Positions 60,151 to 64,000 of a DNA stretch of 64,000 nt are shown piece by piece (the first letter of the stretch is position 1; every line of letters begins with the position of its first letter). The notes under the pieces were generated by a model. That model saw nothing but the letters and a program-made list of their open reading frames with translations, had not been told where the DNA came from and ran no database searches. The DNA comes from Lama guanicoe (lineage: Eukaryota), in contig MU053365.1 in NCBI GenBank assembly GCA_013239625.1, positions 1,336,115-1,400,114 of the forward strand, written 5' to 3'. Both the position numbers and the translations under genes were made by a program.

Positions 60151-60389
60151 TTAAGTCTGGGTGAAAACACAGGTGATTTGAACTTGAATAGGAAGAACAT
60201 TTTTCCTTTAAAAGTTATCATTAAAAATAGCTTTTTGTAGCACCACTGATTTAGAACAATGCAACTTTCACCCCCTACCTAATGTAAATGGCTGTTACAA
60301 ATAAAGCTAAGGACAATTTACCATCTAATCTACTTTTGCTAGAAAATGCTTTAGAAATAATTAGCTAGAAATATATTTTGGTTATTTTA

Positions 60390-63300
60390 AAAATCTTTTT
60401 ATGAAATATAAGTATACAAAATTGTGAATATTTATAAATCAAACATCTGCGTAACTAGCAATAAAATAAATAAAAAAGAATATTGCCAGCACCTGGATGC
60501 CCTGAGAGACCTTTCTGATCATGCTCTCCTTCCATATATATGCACACTGTTTGGATTTCTTCATGTCTTTTGCCTATTTGTTTCTTATTTATTTTTTGGA
60601 GCTCTTTATGTTCTAGATATGAGTCCTTAACTACTTATATGTGTTGTAAATATCTTCTTACATTCTATAGCTTGTCTACTGTGTCGTTTGATCGACCGAC
60701 ATTTTTCACTCTAAGGTAGTTTTGTGGAAAAAATTTATGGAACTTTGATATAAGTTCAACTTGAAAAAAATTATAATTGTTTCTTTATACTTAATGTCTT
60801 TTGTATCTTTTTTCAGAAGTTTGTTCGTATGTGGTGTTTTTCTATATTATCCTGAAAAAGCTTTATACTTTTGCCTTTTTGTGTTTGTCTATAACTCACC
60901 TGGTATTTATTATGCAAGGGATGAGTTGAGGTTTAACTTAATTTCACTTGTTTCATCTGGATACTCAATTGTCCCATCACCAGGACTGTTTACTGAAAAT
61001 ATTATCCTTTACCACTCTTATTATAAATCAAATTATATATTATAGATATAGGTATATGATTCATTTCATTTTATTGCTGAGTGGCATTCAATTATATTGA
61101 TATACCACAATTTGTTTATCCATTTACTCATTGAAGGGCTTTTGGGTGGTTCCAGTTTTTGAAGATTATGAATTATGTTGCTGTAAACTTTCATGTACAG
61201 GATTTTGGGTGAACAGAAATTTTCATTTTTCAGGAGTGAGATTGCTGGGTTGGTCATATGAAAGTGTATATAAGACTGCCCAACATTTTTTCCAAAATGA
61301 GTATACCATTTTGCATTCTCACTAACAATGTAGCAGAGTTCCAGTTGGTCTGCATCCTCACAAGCATTAGATATTATCTTTTTATAATTAATATTAGCCA
61401 TTCTAATATGTATAGTGGTATCCCATTGAAGTTTTATCTTGCATTTCCCTGAAGATGAGTGATGCTGAGCATTTTCTCATGTGCTTGTTTGTCATCTGTA
61501 TATATTCTTTGGTGACAAGTCTATTAAATCTTTTCCCACTTTAAATTAGGTTTTTTTGTTGCATACTATTGAGTTTTAGAGTCTTATTAGGTATCCTTGG
61601 TAGAACTCTCTTGTCAGATGTATAATTTACAAATATTTTTTCCAGGTCTTTGGTTCATCTTTTCATTGTCTTAGCTGTGTCTTCAGAAGGAAAAAAAAGT
61701 TTAAAAGTATTTGAAGAAGTCCAATTTATAAATGATTTCTTTTGTGTATCATGCTTTTGTTGCCATATCTAAGAACTCTTTGCTAACCTAAAGTCACAAA
61801 GATTTTTCTTAGGAATTTTTTCCATTTAAATATATAATCCATTTTGAGTTAATTTTTGGATAAGGTATGAGATAGGGATGGGGTTCTTTTGTGCACATAG
61901 ATATCCAGTATTTCCTGTGATATTTGTGAAAAGGCTTCCTTTCAGCGTTGAATTAGGTCTATATACTCTCTATTCTGATTTTTTTTGGTATTCCATTTTA
62001 ATATATCTACAGTTAATACTTGAATGACATCAGTTTGAACTGCATGAGTCTACTTTATAAAGATTTTTTTCATTAAACATGTACTGCATATTTAATGTAC
62101 TACATGATCCAGGTTGAATCCATGGATGTGGAACTGTATACAGAGGGCCAACTGTAAAGTTATAAGTGGATTTTCAGCTGCACAGAGGATTGGTACGCCT
62201 ACCATGGTTCAAGGGTAAACTGTTTATTTGTTTTTTTGTTGTTGTTACATCTTTTTTAAAAATGCTTACCATAGGAATTGCAATATGCCTACCTAACTTT
62301 TAAAAGTCTGCTTGGAGTTCATATTTTACTACTTCAAATAAAATGTACAAGCTTCACAACCATATAGACCCCTTTGCCCTCCCCACTTTATGTTAGTATG
62401 TTCATGGGTATCACATTTGTATATGTTTATAACTAGACAAAGTCAATTTTTGCTTTCAACAGTCATACAGATTTTAAATAATTTAAGAGGTGAAAAAGAG
62501 TTTACAATATTTACACAGATATTTATCATTTTTGTTGCTCTTCTTTCACTCCTTAATTTTCAGCTTTCCCTCTGGTATCATTTCCCTTCAGAGTGAAGAA
62601 GTTCCTTTAGCTCTAAAGTAGATCTATTGGTGATGAATCGTTACTTTTCCTTCATCTCAGAATTTTTTTCACCTTATTTCCTGAAAAATATATTTCTTGG
62701 TTATAGAATTCTGGGATGATAGTTTTTTTTTTTTTTTTGCTCTCAGGACTTTAAGATGTCATTTCCCTATCTTACAGTCTTCATAATTTCTGGTGAAAAT
62801 TTTCGCCATGTGAGTCAGTGTTTCCTCTGTCTGTAATGTCAGTTATTCTCTGCTTGCTTTCAAGATTTTTTTCTTTACCTTTGGTTTTTAGCAGTTTGAT
62901 TATGTTTAACAGTTTCATTTGAGTTAACTGAGCTTCCTAAAAACCTACATTTATCTATTTCACCAAGTTGAGAAAATTTTCAGGCATTATTTCTTCAAAT
63001 AGTTCTTCTGCAGCAATTTCTTTCTCTTCTTCTCATGGAATTACAATAATGTGAGTGGTAGACCATTTGATACTGTTCTACAGGCTTTTTTTTCTTCAAA
63101 CCTTTTTTTCTCTCTTTTTCAGGTTGGATAATTTCTATTGAAAGACAGAGATAAACTGTTGGGAATTCCCTCTACACTCTGGACCACAGCACACCTCTTT
63201 TCTGTTTTTCTTTATTCTTGGTGAGAAATATTGAATTCTCCCATTGTTTTAGCTGATCGTGCTGCTTTCGAACAATTGCCTTGGAGAATGTCAGAAAGAG

Positions 63301-64000
63301 AGAAAAATAGAAAAACAGTGAGATTTTCTTCTCATACTCCATTAGCTCCTTTTTTCAGTTCTGTGGTCAGAAAGACAAGGCTGAGCCTGGGGCTTGTATC
63401 AGTCCGTGTGCTGAATTATGAGCTGCCTTCTCCAGCTCTGGGTTCCCCTCACATCCCTGGCTTCCGGGCCCCTTTTCCTGGTTCTCTGACCAAAAAGACA
63501 GATTTTCTCTCAGATTTTTAGCTACTTCCTCCCTGTACAGTTCCATGACTGAGCCATAATTCATGCCGAAGCCAGAAGATAAAAGAGGAAATAAACCTGA
63601 GAAAAATCTATAAGTTTCTTTTGTAAGTTTGAATCTCCTCCCCATTCTGCCTGTTATTTTTTACCTTTCAGAACCCTTAGATAGTTGTTTCTTTATTTTG
63701 TCTAGTTTTCAGTTGTAATCAGTAGGAGAGAGAGGCTCTAAGGGGGTTACTCCATTTTGGTTGGCATTCGGAATCTTCCTGTGATGATTTTGATTGGGCC
63801 TGTATTAAATTTCTAGGTCAGTTTGTGGAGAAACAACATTTTAAAAAATATTGAGTCTTCAGGTCCTTGACTCTAGCATATCTCTTCATTTATTTATATC
63901 TTCTAAATGTTTCCAAGTAAATTTTATAATCTTCCCCATTAGAAATCTCGTGCATCTTTGTTTGATTTATTTCTAGGTACCTGATATTTTTATGTTAATG
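60390..64000 (-). mobile_element. Patchwork of ancient L1M (MC/ME-type) fragments
   Basis: ORF 61066-61401 is a degenerate ORF2 C-terminus (…KWINKLWYINIIECHSAIK). T-rich L1 antisense motifs run throughout ('gcatttccctga...tgctgagcattttctcatgtgc', 'ctgcttgctttcaagattttt', 'aatattgagtcttc'). Confidence 0.8.
62010..62222 (+). mobile_element. Tigger2/MER8-family non-autonomous element
   Basis: TA-CAGTTAATACTTGAA ... TTCAAGGGTAAACTG termini. Internal 'gtttgaactgc...ggttgaatccatggatgtggaac...gagggccaactgta'. Confidence 0.8.

Noticed and set aside
1..64000. Host-gene direction inferred from L1/LTR orientation bias
   Set aside because: L1s occur about equally on both strands, so no transcription direction can be inferred.

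Overview
This is mammalian nuclear DNA: AT-rich, CpG-depleted and dominated by transposon fossils. It is very probably from a camelid (camel/alpaca/llama), because it carries three tRNA-Ala-derived SINEs of the vic-1 type. I find no recognisable protein-coding gene, RNA gene, CpG island or prokaryote-type system. Every recognisable ORF in the track is a LINE-1 ORF2 remnant, and the rest look like chance ORFs. The window reads as intergenic or deep-intronic sequence. It contains at least four generations of LINE-1, many L2/MIR fragments, MaLR/ERVL/ERV1 solo LTRs, hAT and Tigger DNA transposon fossils, and one 124-N assembly gap. The most notable structures are: (1) an ERV1-type solo LTR with a 71-bp tandem repeat of an octamer+CCAAT module just upstream of its TATA box; (2) an old ~175-bp local duplication whose best-preserved block is a CTCF-like motif; (3) a 5'-intact LINE-1 that lacks ORF1, most of the endonuclease and its 3' end; (4) a probable R4/Dong-clade LINE fossil and a Charlie transposase fossil, both read from degenerate protein motifs; (5) nested insertions with readable target-site duplications (TSDs) that give a relative chronology. 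Repeat family names are from recall of consensus sequences and need RepeatMasker/Dfam confirmation, and many boundaries are approximate. I do not see evidence for a new biological system here.
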